Of a DNA stretch of 58,891 nucleotides, positions 1-9,197 are shown in pieces. Every line of letters begins with the position of its first letter. Positions within the stretch are counted from its first letter, which is position 1. This DNA is from a virus (lineage: Duplodnaviria; Caudoviricetes), in IMG/VR virus record IMGVR_UViG_3300024289_000039, positions 1 through 58,891 of that record. One strand, 5' to 3'. The notes under the pieces were generated by a model. That model searched no databases and was not told the DNA's origin. It saw only the letters and a program-made list of their open reading frames with translations. A program made the translations under genes and the position numbers.

Positions 1-210
1 ATGAGGAATACCAATCTCTGGCGGGTATTCAGGCTGTGAACGATGAGCAAGCCGACGCGCCATTTTGAGTTGCTGTTCCAACCTTTTCACTTCAGCCTCC
101 AGCGCCTCTATGCGGTCGGCGGCTTCTATTGCTGTACTGTAATCATTAGTTCCATCATCAAAGGCTAGGTAACAAGAGTCACGCAGCCGCTTCACAAGAT
201 CGTCGGTCAT
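1..210 (-). CDS. Small modular protein, DDLVKRLR family (3' end runs off the window)
   Basis: Manual translation MTDDLVKRLRDSCYLAFDDGTNDYSTAIEAADRIEALEAEVKRLEQQLK...; start overlaps the stop of 207..428. Confidence 0.8.
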   Translation of the reverse strand, partial: MTDDLVKRLRDSCYLAFDDGTNDYSTAIEAADRIEALEAEVKRLEQQLKMARRLAHRSQPEYPPEIGIPH

Positions 211-428
211 CTTTTGTCTCCCATAGCTCTTTTTGCGATTCCGTAAGAGCATTCATCAATAAAACAACAGTCACAATTCTCACCATCGCAAGCAATTTTA
301 GCCAAAGCATCCTCTGCCACGATAACCCGCTGCTCTAGCCGCTCCAGCATTTCTGCCGCCATGACCATCAAAGACAGGTCCTCAAGGTGGTCACCTGTTC
401 CTGTTTTAAGAAGCTCAACTATGTTCAT
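207..428 (-). CDS. Small hypothetical protein (cassette array), Cys-rich C-terminus
   Basis: 73-aa ORF, GGGGAG RBS, coiled-coil middle, ends AKRAMGDKR like neighbours. Confidence 0.7.
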   Translation of the reverse strand: MNIVELLKTGTGDHLEDLSLMVMAAEMLERLEQRVIVAEDALAKIACDGENCDCCFIDECSYGIAKRAMGDKR

Positions 429-549
429 TTGTCTCCCCTCGCGTACATTTCAAAATGTTGCCGAACGACTACAAATAGGTCTTCTTGTTAGCCGTTTTAT
501 AGCACCCGAAAGCCTACCCAATTACACCCAATTGCGGAGGTTTCTCGCT

Positions 550-780
550 TCACAGCATCCGCATCCATACCAATAGTGACATGGCAGTATTTGGATGCGG
601 TATTCCATTATCCCCGTCCACTACATCTGCTTGGCTTTCTAGATACTCAATGATGGCTGGCATCTGGACTTTTATTCTTTCTATTTCTTTTTGAGCAGTG
701 TGAAGCATGACCTGTAGCCTAGCTATTTCCCTCTCCTGCGCGATCAGCAACTTCTGCACCCGTGATGCTTCAGTCTCCAT
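550..780 (-). CDS. Small hypothetical protein (cassette array)
   Basis: Likely start METEAS at 780; C-terminal PAIIEYLESQADVVDGDNGIP nearly identical to 58451..58681. Confidence 0.7.
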   Translation of the reverse strand: METEASRVQKLLIAQEREIARLQVMLHTAQKEIERIKVQMPAIIEYLESQADVVDGDNGIPHPNTAMSLLVWMRML

Positions 781-1003
781 CTTTCTTCTCCAGCGCAGCG
801 CGTGCGGCTTCAACAGCAGACCCCCATTCATCAGCGTATTTAATCAAAGGTGGCCCGTTCTGCACATCAAGCAACGATTGCAGCGCCGCTTCCAGCGTCT
901 CAATGCGACTGTGCTTTTCATCCACCACACCAGCGATCCACTCAACTGCACTATCAATCCCGTCCTCTTTGATAACCGCTTCAATCGCTTCTGTAGTTTT
1001 CAT
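770..1003 (-). CDS. Small hypothetical protein (cassette array)
   Basis: 77-aa ORF, RIETLEAAL...ARAALEKK; duplicated at contig end. Confidence 0.75.
   Translation of the reverse strand: MKTTEAIEAVIKEDGIDSAVEWIAGVVDEKHSRIETLEAALQSLLDVQNGPPLIKYADEWGSAVEAARAALEKKDGD
789..990. repeat. Direct repeat, copy 1 (~200 bp; copy 2 at contig end)
   Basis: Matches 58690..58891 with one substitution seen (ctgcac vs ctgaac). Confidence 0.95.
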
Positions 1004-1203
1004 TGCATCACCCCATCCATTTCTGACAGATCAACAACATACCACTTTCCACGACTGCATGGTCCGCAAGAACATGAACCAGCATCTTCTGGATCGCAAT
1101 CTTCGCCGTCTAAATACCAACCTGTAATTGAAATAAGCTCCCCATCGTTTAGAACCGCAATACGGGTTGTTCTGTTGATCGCTTCAACATACCGTTCAGT
1201 CAT
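1000..1203 (-). CDS. Small hypothetical protein
   Basis: 67-aa ORF translationally coupled to neighbours. Confidence 0.7.
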   Translation of the reverse strand: MTERYVEAINRTTRIAVLNDGELISITGWYLDGEDCDPEDAGSCSCGPCSRGKWYVVDLSEMDGVMQ

Positions 1204-1477
1204 CTTTCTTCTCCCCTAATGCGGCGCGGGCAAATTCCCTGATGTCGTTAATGGTTTGGTGCGGCTGGGCAACGCTGATTGGATACCATGCGTAAATGCG
1301 GGACAGCGCCTCCTCATACCGATCCGCGCGTGCTATCGCATCGCTCCAAACCTGTTGCTGTTGGGCATATGCCGCTTCCAGTTGCTCAATGCGGTCGGCG
1401 GCTTCAGAGGCAATGCTTAAGCGCAAACCTGTCTCTGGGTCTTCAGCGCGCAGCCGCTTCACAAGATCGTCAGCCAT
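1196..1477 (-). CDS. Small modular protein, DDLVKRLR family
   Basis: MADDLVKRLR...EAADRIEQLEA...ARAALGEKKDD; GGAGGG RBS. Confidence 0.8.
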   Translation of the reverse strand: MADDLVKRLRAEDPETGLRLSIASEAADRIEQLEAAYAQQQQVWSDAIARADRYEEALSRIYAWYPISVAQPHQTINDIREFARAALGEKKDD

Positions 1478-1709
1478 GTCTTCCCTCCAGAACATCAATT
1501 ATTTCTTCCTTTAATTTTTCTATTTGAAGCCAAGCCTCCGTCCGTAAGACGCAATCCCTCGTGACGAAATCCTCCAAGCGGTTATTCTGAACTAGCAATT
1601 CTTCAAATTGTTTTTCCAGCTCCTCAATCCTGTCAGCAGCCTCCTCACAGCGGTACATATTGTGCTCGCTAGATTTATCGCGCAGCCATTTAACGAGATC
1701 GTCTGCCAT
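1470..1709 (-). CDS. Small modular protein, DDLVKRLR family
   Basis: MADDLVKWLR...EAADRIEELEK...VLEGRHG. Confidence 0.8.
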   Translation of the reverse strand: MADDLVKWLRDKSSEHNMYRCEEAADRIEELEKQFEELLVQNNRLEDFVTRDCVLRTEAWLQIEKLKEEIIDVLEGRHG

Positions 1710-1891
1710 CACAACCCCTCCCCTTCGACAAAATCTAGAACGATCTTGAGGCAAGCGATCCGCCCATCTCTGGCGGAAACGTCTGCTTCTTCTTTGTTGG
1801 GGTGGACGTATTCTTCTGTCCCTTTTTCATAAACATTCAGCCATACGATTCTTTTGTGTCTTAGCTTTTTCTTTTGCTTTTCATTCTTCAT
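1709..1891 (-). CDS. Small hypothetical protein
   Basis: 60-aa ORF with GGAG RBS, coupled to next gene. Confidence 0.65.
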   Translation of the reverse strand: MKNEKQKKKLRHKRIVWLNVYEKGTEEYVHPNKEEADVSARDGRIACLKIVLDFVEGEGL

Positions 1892-1994
1892 TTTCTTTCT
1901 CCATCTGATCTATGTATCCCATTACCACCACCGCTATGAGAAGTATAGCCGGCAAGAAAACCAAAAAGATGACCATGATCGAGAAGATGTCCAT
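1881..1994 (-). CDS. Tiny membrane protein
   Basis: Manual translation MDIFSIMVIFLVFLPAILLIAVVVMGYIDQMEKENEK, one hydrophobic helix, fills gap between coupled genes. Confidence 0.5.
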   Translation of the reverse strand: MDIFSIMVIFLVFLPAILLIAVVVMGYIDQMEKENEE

Positions 1995-2305
1995 CAGATC
2001 AACCCTTCAAGAACCATCTGTTTGACTTTCATGCAAACAGCCGAATTGTTCCTGTCTTTGACTTCCTCGTAGATTTTGTGCAATGCTTGGACCGCATCGC
2101 TGGGCGGCGGGGCATTGCTCGCGCGCCCGAATGTGAAATTGTCGTCAGCTCTGACGTCCTGATTGCGCCAAGACCAGCACTCGCCTTTTTCGCCGAAGCA
2201 CACCCACACAAGGTCGTACTCTGGTCCATAGTCGATCAGTATCTGCGCCATAGCTTTGCCTTTGGGCGTCTGCATGGGGATCGGTGGATTGAGCTGGAGA
2301 ATCAT
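1994..2305 (-). CDS. Hypothetical protein
   Basis: Likely start MILQLNPPIP at 2305 overlapping the primase stop; the longer upstream extension overlaps the primase gene. Confidence 0.7.
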   Translation of the reverse strand: MILQLNPPIPMQTPKGKAMAQILIDYGPEYDLVWVCFGEKGECWSWRNQDVRADDNFTFGRASNAPPPSDAVQALHKIYEEVKDRNNSAVCMKVKQMVLEGLI

Positions 2306-4581
2306 CACATCCTCGTTTCGAATATGTCGTTTGGTTGCTTCAGCATTGTGCGCATGTCCTCGAACATTGCGCTCTTTCTTTCCTTTACTTCGTCCGGAGC
2401 TGCTTCCGCCGGTCGCACGAGGCTTGCAACGTTTTTGATCGCCTTGAGGGTGTGCTTTGACTTCAGCTGCTCGTATGCCTTTTTGTTCATTGCTGCGAGC
2501 TGAAGTCTTCCTCCGATCAGGAACCTTTCGTCGTACCATATGGCGCCGCACTCCTTCATTGCCTTGCGCAACTCGAGGTCTGAATCGTAGACCTTGCCCT
2601 GCACAGCCTGCCGAACCCACCCGACGATATCTTTCATCGCGAGCACAACCGGCTCGTCGCGCCGATTGAGTGCCTCAGCGAGCTCCGCAGCCTCTTGCTG
2701 GCCTTCTGTGCGCGATGCGACGATCAGCTCTTTCTTTCGCTCGGTCATCGGAGCAGGCTGTCCTTTTTGGACATACTCTTTCCAGTTCTCGGCCCAATGG
2801 CGGATGATGTTCAGTCCACCGCTCTTGAGCCAATTGTGGAAATGTTCGAACTTCTCGCGCGGCCATTTGTCCTCAGTCACCTCGGGATAGAACCAGCGGC
2901 GATCGTCCTCTTCAATACGTAGCGCGCGCATCGAGTTGGAGCATGCGAACACATGGCACCAGTTCTCGATGGTGTAGGACCGCTGGTACTTTTCGTTCAC
3001 CTCGATCTCACGATCGGTGATGGCCGATTTCAGTTTGTTGTAGGCTTTCCAGCTGTGGCCAGAATAGATCTCGTTCACCACGCACAGCCGTTTGTTGGCG
3101 AGCCATCCGTTGAATTCAGACTGCACGATCTGACTCTCAGTCGGGTATCCAACGTTCTGCGTCCCAACCAGCGGCGCGAGGATCGAGCTGCCGAGCGTCG
3201 TCTTGCCGACACCTTGGCGCTCACTGACCAGAAGCAATCCATACTCCATGCGGATCTCTTGACGAGCGATCAACGTCGCAGCCCAGCGCAACACCTCATG
3301 GCGCTCCTCCGCATTCGGGAACATGTATTCCATGAAATCGAGGAAAGGCTGCGGATTGCCCGGCAGAGGCTTGATGTGGCTGGGGGTGTGGAGGTTGATG
3401 GCGGACGTTGTGTTGTCCGTCACAATCTTTCCACGGATGTCCGGGCGGTAGCACAACTTGGTCGAGCGACCAGTGTATGCTTTCACAATCAGGTGTGAGG
3501 TTTGATTGGTGTGCGAGAAACTGGCCAGCATCTTGTTCATGATCTGCTCGGAGCGAATTATCTCCGGCATCTCAATGCACACGAATAGATCCGCTTCCTC
3601 AACATACGACCACATGTCCTTGAAGTTCTTGCGGAGGACCGTTGTGGGCTTGCCCTTGGGGTTGGGGATCTGGTCCGTGGCCCATGTCGCAGGATGCAAG
3701 CACGAACGGAAGCTCGGTCCGACGTAATACTTTTGCCCCTCAACCTTCTTGAACATGCCTTTCGGGAATGGGTCTGCGAGGTCGAAGCTCGTCGGCCATT
3801 CATTGGTGAACTGAACATGGAACGTCGGGATGCGCAGATGGAAAGCAATGGCCGGAACAGCCGACACACCCGGTGCGTCATTGTCCGAGACAATGTATGC
3901 GCGCTTCACACCTGCCTTCTGAAGTATGGACCAATCAGTGCGGTAAGGCGACAACGCTCCACCAATCCATCCCAGATGCGCCGCGTGCGAAAGCTCATCT
4001 CCCCAAGGATGATCGGCCAGCATCGCCTTCATCTCCGGCGTCGCAGCCTCGACCATCTCGCGCATGGCACGTGCAGCCTTCGCTCCTTCGTGGATGAAGA
4101 CTGTTGCATTGTTCTTCAATTGCTCCATGCCCCATAGGGGCAATGGTCCTTCAGGCTCCATCTTGCGCCAAAGACCGTCGTCCCAGTAGGTATAGGGGAT
4201 GTAACTCTTTTCCCCTTTGCGTTCCATCCGGAGTTGGAGCATGATGATCTCGTCATTCATGTTCCTGAAAATGAAGACATCCTTTTCCTTGGCCTTTTCG
4301 ACTTCTTCAGGCAAGTCGCGTAGGCGGTCAAGCGTCCGCATCTGCGGCCATACAGCACTCTGACAATCGAGCTCGATGGCGAGCTTTTCCTTTTCTGTCG
4401 GTGCGTATAGGTCGGGTGCCTTCACAGTGCCATCGGTGTTGAGGGTGATGATGGCGATGTCTTCCCAATACTGGCCGCGACTTTCTTTCACGACAGCTGT
4501 CCGCAGGGATCTTGGCTCTGCGCCGATGCGCTTCAGATATGCCGCTACTGCAGGGATTTCTGCGAGTGACTTGACTTTCAT
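2305..4581 (-). CDS. Primase-helicase (Toprim-like N-terminus + SF3/DUF5906-type NTPase)
   Basis: VFIHEGAKAA and VSDNDAPG Toprim-like motifs; Walker A QGVGKTT, VVNE Walker B, SN motif C, DDRRW. Confidence 0.85.
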   Translation of the reverse strand: MKVKSLAEIPAVAAYLKRIGAEPRSLRTAVVKESRGQYWEDIAIITLNTDGTVKAPDLYAPTEKEKLAIELDCQSAVWPQMRTLDRLRDLPEEVEKAKEKDVFIFRNMNDEIIMLQLRMERKGEKSYIPYTYWDDGLWRKMEPEGPLPLWGMEQLKNNATVFIHEGAKAARAMREMVEAATPEMKAMLADHPWGDELSHAAHLGWIGGALSPYRTDWSILQKAGVKRAYIVSDNDAPGVSAVPAIAFHLRIPTFHVQFTNEWPTSFDLADPFPKGMFKKVEGQKYYVGPSFRSCLHPATWATDQIPNPKGKPTTVLRKNFKDMWSYVEEADLFVCIEMPEIIRSEQIMNKMLASFSHTNQTSHLIVKAYTGRSTKLCYRPDIRGKIVTDNTTSAINLHTPSHIKPLPGNPQPFLDFMEYMFPNAEERHEVLRWAATLIARQEIRMEYGLLLVSERQGVGKTTLGSSILAPLVGTQNVGYPTESQIVQSEFNGWLANKRLCVVNEIYSGHSWKAYNKLKSAITDREIEVNEKYQRSYTIENWCHVFACSNSMRALRIEEDDRRWFYPEVTEDKWPREKFEHFHNWLKSGGLNIIRHWAENWKEYVQKGQPAPMTERKKELIVASRTEGQQEAAELAEALNRRDEPVVLAMKDIVGWVRQAVQGKVYDSDLELRKAMKECGAIWYDERFLIGGRLQLAAMNKKAYEQLKSKHTLKAIKNVASLVRPAEAAPDEVKERKSAMFEDMRTMLKQPNDIFETRM

Positions 4582-4582
4582 T

Positions 4583-4798
4583 TTACCATTTTCCCTTTTG
4601 AGCCTTTTCCGCAATCAGCTGGATGCGCTCAATCTTTTCTTTGAGCGTATAGTGCTTGTGGAAAGGCGAACTAGGGAGTGTTGCTATTTCTACAAGGATG
4701 CTCTTGTAATACTCGTTCAACTCTTCGAGCTTCTCAATCTCTTCTTCGAGACGCTCAACAGTGCCCAGCATGAAGCATTCGTCGCATTCTTCTTTCAT
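4583..4798 (-). CDS. Hypothetical coiled-coil protein
   Basis: 71-aa ORF between dnaE and primase, AGGGA RBS. Confidence 0.65.
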   Translation of the reverse strand: MKEECDECFMLGTVERLEEEIEKLEELNEYYKSILVEIATLPSSPFHKHYTLKEKIERIQLIAEKAQKGKW

Positions 4799-4815
4799 GT
4801 TTGGTCCCTTTTTAT

Positions 4816-7656
4816 CTATTCGTCCATGAACCCTATGAAGCGCACTGCTTCAACCCTCAACATTCGGAACCCTCTTGGGACGGTTCCTTTCATTGCGTAG
4901 AGCGCCTTACCGGGTCGGCCGCGCTCAACGATCTCGCGCCCGATTTTCTCGTATGCGAATCTGTCAACCTTTGCAAAGATGCGGTCGGTGTCGTCTGCGA
5001 CTGTCAAATTGAGACTCTGCGTTGGTCCGGTCAGAACCTTGCCACCACGTTTGGCTACGTTGACCGCTTCGTTCTCGTCGCGAGGTTTGATCTGCTGAAC
5101 GACGACGAACGCAAGAGCTTTGTAGTCCGATCCATTGGTCTGAAGATTTACGACAGGCGTCGGTGGTGTGTGGATGTTGCGCGAGCTGGGGTCTGGCAAA
5201 TGCCGCTGGAATGCATTCTTGACCGGCCAAAGGCTGTCAATGTCCGTCGTTGCATTCATCAATAGCTTTTCAGCGCGCGCAGGAATCGGCTCGCCACGGA
5301 CGCGTGCCGACATGATCTGCTGCACGAGCTTTGGCCCGACTCCTTTCACATTCTGAATCGGGCCGACCAGAACCTTCTTGCCATCTTTGAATCCGGCACT
5401 CCATTTGTCGGTCGAAAGCTCTGCGTCAACGGGGATGTAGTCGATGCCTTCGGCCGCCATCTCACGCAGGATCATGATCTGCTTGGCCGGGTCTGGCTCG
5501 TGGCTGAGCGTCGCAGCAGCGAACTCAAACGGGAAATGCGCCTTCATGTAGCAGCACCAATAGCTCACAATCCCGTAAGCCACCGAGTGAGACTTGTTGA
5601 AGGCCCACGCACCATAGGCGCAAAGATCATCCCACACCTTTTCGAGAACCGCTGAAGGTATACCTTTCTTGATTGCGCCTGATTTGAACCGATCGCCGAA
5701 CTGGTCGAAATATTCCTTGCCAAGCGACTTGCTCATCGCCTTGCGGAGTGCGGTGACGTCCTCCCAAGACAAGTCGCCGATCTCGCGACCAATCTGCATG
5801 ACCTGCTCTTGATAGGCGACGATGCCGAGTGTTTCCTTCAAGTATGGCTCAAAGGTGGGATGCGGATAAGTCACCGGCGAAAGAGCGTTCTTGCGCTTGG
5901 TCCATTCATTGGTGCCGCCAGAAGCCATCGGCCCCGGACGCGCCAACGCAGTCACAGAGACTATGTCATCAAGACTTTCAATCTTGATCTGATTGCAGAT
6001 GGACTGAAGCGCAGGCCCATTGAACTGGAATATGCCCGAAAACATTCCCTTGTTCAGCACGTCGAACGACGCCTGATCATTCAGCGGAACCCGCTCAAGG
6101 AAATGAATGTCCTTGCCCGCCATCGTCAACGCATCCTCAAACACAGACAGCTGTGTAAGGCCCAGTGCGTCGATCTTCAGGAGGTTCAGGTCTTCGGCGT
6201 CCTTTTTGTCACAATGCGTCGCACCCGTACGCGCATCAACAGCAACATAGTCTGTGACCGGAGTTTCAGTGACCACAATGCCTGCCGCATGTTGGGAATA
6301 GTGACGTGGGTGACCCTCCATGCGCGCTGCGATAAGTATCTCAGGATTCTTTTCAAGCAACTCTCTCCCGGCTGGGGTTGTGTTGAATGTATCCTCAAGC
6401 GTCTGCAATGCGCGGGAATCGCCGCCCGAACGCACGATCAGAGAGTCGAGAACTTTATCGCATAGCCACTTAGGCACGCCCAGTGCTGTTCCTGCCTCAT
6501 CAATCGCCGAACGCGGGCGGAACAAAGCGACCGTCCCGAGGCGCGCAATGTGATCGCGACCGTACTTCTTCTCCATATATTCAAACACCATATGGCGCTT
6601 TTGATCGGAGAAGTCGATGTCGATGTCCGGCAAGTCGTTGCGTGTGATGTCGATGAACCTTTCGAACAGCAGATCAAAAGGTATCGGATCAATGGTCGTG
6701 ATCTCCAGCAGATAGCACACCAAGCTCCCGCAAGAGCTGCCGCGCGCCGGACCGCAGATCATCTTCTCACGGGCGAATTGCATGACGTCCGCGATGATGT
6801 AGAAATAATCCTCGAACTGCTTTTCCTTGATCAGCGCGAGCTCGCGCTGCAATCGCGCCTCGTAAACCGGATCGTCTAGATTGATGCCGAGCTTGACAGC
6901 GCCATCCCGGCACATTTGCTCGAGCGTCTTGGGTTTCTCAGGGCTCAGAAGGGTCGCGGTTTTAAGGCTCGCATTGCACATGGCCGCTAGATCCGCAGCC
7001 GTGTTCCAGGATCGATCTATCAGCTCTTGGGAGGCAACCCTAGCGACCGCCTTGCGCCATTCCGCCTCCGACAAAATATGCTGGGCGTAGGTCTGTGTGC
7101 TGGCGCCGCGTCCGCACAGAACTTCGTAGAACCCTTCATCGTCTTTGCTGACATATTTGTTGTCAGAGCTTGCGACGAACTTGTGGCCCATCTTGACCGC
7201 TTCAGCGACATAGCCTTTCGAGGCTGACGGAGACAGGGCAACGTAGATATCATCTTGGACAGGCACATCGCTTAGCAGCGAACGTGAGCCGACAATCTTG
7301 ACCAGACCCGGTGCGCGGATTGCCTGCTCATAAGTGAGCAAAGGCTCGTAACGGAATTGCGATGTGGCGAGATAAACTAGCTCGTTGATCTCGCGGATAT
7401 CGTCCTTGGCAAAGAAGGTCCAATAATCGACTGCAGGCTTTTTGGCATTCAGCGATTGGGTGACTGCCAGCTCGACTCCGAACAGTGGCTTGAGGCCAGC
7501 CTTTTTGGAGAGCTTGTTCCAACGCACCCATCCGAACGTCGAAGCTCTGTCCGAGATCGGTGCATAGGGAGCGTTGACTTCCTTGAGGCGATCCATTACT
7601 GCCTCAAGCATCCCCGCCGCTGTGCGGAAGCTGTAGCCAGTACGTATCCGGAGCAT
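4816..7656 (-). CDS. dnaE: DNA polymerase III alpha subunit (family C)
   Basis: PARGSSCGSLVCY, LLFERF, PDIDIDF, HAAGIVV, KIDALGL, AFNKSHSVAY motifs; N-terminal PHP-like domain. Confidence 0.97.
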   Translation of the reverse strand: MLRIRTGYSFRTAAGMLEAVMDRLKEVNAPYAPISDRASTFGWVRWNKLSKKAGLKPLFGVELAVTQSLNAKKPAVDYWTFFAKDDIREINELVYLATSQFRYEPLLTYEQAIRAPGLVKIVGSRSLLSDVPVQDDIYVALSPSASKGYVAEAVKMGHKFVASSDNKYVSKDDEGFYEVLCGRGASTQTYAQHILSEAEWRKAVARVASQELIDRSWNTAADLAAMCNASLKTATLLSPEKPKTLEQMCRDGAVKLGINLDDPVYEARLQRELALIKEKQFEDYFYIIADVMQFAREKMICGPARGSSCGSLVCYLLEITTIDPIPFDLLFERFIDITRNDLPDIDIDFSDQKRHMVFEYMEKKYGRDHIARLGTVALFRPRSAIDEAGTALGVPKWLCDKVLDSLIVRSGGDSRALQTLEDTFNTTPAGRELLEKNPEILIAARMEGHPRHYSQHAAGIVVTETPVTDYVAVDARTGATHCDKKDAEDLNLLKIDALGLTQLSVFEDALTMAGKDIHFLERVPLNDQASFDVLNKGMFSGIFQFNGPALQSICNQIKIESLDDIVSVTALARPGPMASGGTNEWTKRKNALSPVTYPHPTFEPYLKETLGIVAYQEQVMQIGREIGDLSWEDVTALRKAMSKSLGKEYFDQFGDRFKSGAIKKGIPSAVLEKVWDDLCAYGAWAFNKSHSVAYGIVSYWCCYMKAHFPFEFAAATLSHEPDPAKQIMILREMAAEGIDYIPVDAELSTDKWSAGFKDGKKVLVGPIQNVKGVGPKLVQQIMSARVRGEPIPARAEKLLMNATTDIDSLWPVKNAFQRHLPDPSSRNIHTPPTPVVNLQTNGSDYKALAFVVVQQIKPRDENEAVNVAKRGGKVLTGPTQSLNLTVADDTDRIFAKVDRFAYEKIGREIVERGRPGKALYAMKGTVPRGFRMLRVEAVRFIGFMDE

Positions 7657-7657
7657 T

Positions 7658-7903
7658 TCAGTTTACCTTTTTGCTGTACTTCTTTGCTTCTTCGACTGCG
7701 ACATGCATGTGCCTGGTTATGCGCTTGAGGTCTTCGTAGAATGCCTTAAGGACCATCTTCTGCTCTTCAGGATCCCTGAATTCGGCAACGATCTTTTCCG
7801 AGACCGAGACAGCCAGCACAAGGATCAACTCCTCGAACTCTATTTCTTTGCCGACTTCGTAGATCGCTTGGTGCAGGACCATCCTCGGTGACGGTGACGA
7901 CAT
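7658..7903 (-). CDS. Hypothetical protein
   Basis: ORF filling the gap between exonuclease and dnaE; likely start MSSPSP. Confidence 0.65.
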   Translation of the reverse strand: MSSPSPRMVLHQAIYEVGKEIEFEELILVLAVSVSEKIVAEFRDPEEQKMVLKAFYEDLKRITRHMHVAVEEAKKYSKKVN

Positions 7904-8433
7904 CAAACGCTCCCGCTGGTGCGCAATTCCCGGAAACAATTTGCGAGTGCTCGTACGTCGTTCTCGGCCCTGTGTGCGCCAGTGAACCCTTCCCCGAACA
8001 GCAACTCATGAAGTGCATTCAAGTTGAGCCTGAACCCTTTCACGTGCTCGGTTGCTTCAACCGTGCAAACCAGATCGGGCCATTCGACCTCCAACCCAGC
8101 GCGCTTCATCTCGAAGTCGATCATTGACTTGTCGTAGCTCAAATTGTGAGCCACAACCTCGTCGTGCTTCTCGATGATCGCTTTGATCTCTTCAGCATGC
8201 TCTTTGAACTTTGGTTTGCCCACGAGCATGTCGGGGGTGATGTTGGTTATGCGAGTCACCTCGTCCGAGATCTTGAATCCAGGGTCGAACATGAAGTGAT
8301 AGGTGTAGAGCTCGTTGCCCTCGAGATCCAAGCTGACGCCGAAGAACTCTATGATGTGGGGCTGCCGATCAAGAGGCTGGAGCTTGTTCTTGATCAAGTC
8401 CGTTGTTTCTGTGTCAAAAACAAGCGTCTTCAT
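7903..8433 (-). CDS. DEDDh 3'-5' exonuclease (DnaQ/epsilon-like)
   Basis: FDTETT (ExoI), VAHNLSYD (ExoII), AHRAENDV (ExoIII). Confidence 0.95.
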   Translation of the reverse strand: MKTLVFDTETTDLIKNKLQPLDRQPHIIEFFGVSLDLEGNELYTYHFMFDPGFKISDEVTRITNITPDMLVGKPKFKEHAEEIKAIIEKHDEVVAHNLSYDKSMIDFEMKRAGLEVEWPDLVCTVEATEHVKGFRLNLNALHELLFGEGFTGAHRAENDVRALANCFRELRTSGSV

Positions 8434-8750
8434 TTCCCCCGCTCCCGATCGGTCATTCTTGAGTTTGTTTCTGCGTCCAGCTCCTGAAGCATCATGGCAT
8501 AAACAGCAGCATCATCAAGGCTGTCACGATGACCGCCGCGTCCATAATTTTCAGCATAGCGTGTCACCTTGCTAACTATCTGCACAAACACGCCGAGTCT
8601 ATTAAAGTCGTCAGTCGTGGTCAGAGTCAAACCTGTTGGGAACAGCGAATGCATTATCTCGCCGAACCTTTTGTAGTTGTCACCATAGAGCTTGTTCCGC
8701 TCTTCATATATGCCCGCTGCAGCACGCAGCATTTCCGGCACCGTTTTCAT
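8430..8750 (-). CDS. DUF6378-like all-alpha protein, possible nucleotide pyrophosphatase
   Basis: ERNKLYG...SKVTRY...HRDSLDDAAVY pattern. Confidence 0.6.
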   Translation of the reverse strand: MKTVPEMLRAAAGIYEERNKLYGDNYKRFGEIMHSLFPTGLTLTTTDDFNRLGVFVQIVSKVTRYAENYGRGGHRDSLDDAAVYAMMLQELDAETNSRMTDRERGK

Positions 8751-9196
8751 CAGTAGCCTCCAATCGCTGGCTGAAGAACTGTCAGGCCATAATTGCGCAA
8801 TCCCTCGACAACAGACTCTCTGTCATCGATGACTAGCCAAACATTCTTCAAGACTTCTTCTTTGCTGCCGAACTTTCGCTCAAGAGCAGCAATCTTCATC
8901 TGATGATCATGCGACCAATCGTCGTCTGGGCGCATAATCAGTTCTTCGTAATGCTCATCGAGCTTTGAAAGGCGCAGCCATTCTTGCGTCAGATGGCGAT
9001 ACTTTTCTGGCCTGCCGGTCAAAAGTATTACCTTGGCAATCGCATTCGAAGCTCTGAGCAAATCTGCAACATTGATTATGACATGGTCCTCCAAACAGCG
9101 TTGGTGGAACTCGTCCCACTGTTTGGTCTGGGCAAACTGCAACCTGTGGCTGCAGTCTGCTATTGTCCCATCAATGTCGAACACGACGTAGCGCAT
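8750..9196 (-). CDS. HAD-superfamily phosphatase (T4 PNKP phosphatase-domain-like)
   Basis: FDIDGT, LLTGRPE, LIMRP, K, IDDR motifs. Confidence 0.92.
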   Translation of the reverse strand: MRYVVFDIDGTIADCSHRLQFAQTKQWDEFHQRCLEDHVIINVADLLRASNAIAKVILLTGRPEKYRHLTQEWLRLSKLDEHYEELIMRPDDDWSHDHQMKIAALERKFGSKEEVLKNVWLVIDDRESVVEGLRNYGLTVLQPAIGGY

Positions 9197-9197
9197 G

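Noticed and set aside
1-1709. CRISPR array or integron
   Set aside because: Repeats are coding, irregularly spaced and degenerate; no cas or intI gene, no attC-like palindromes seen
1994-2620. 208-aa ORF as listed in the track
   Set aside because: The first ~105 codons overlap the primase gene in another frame; the plausible gene starts at 2305
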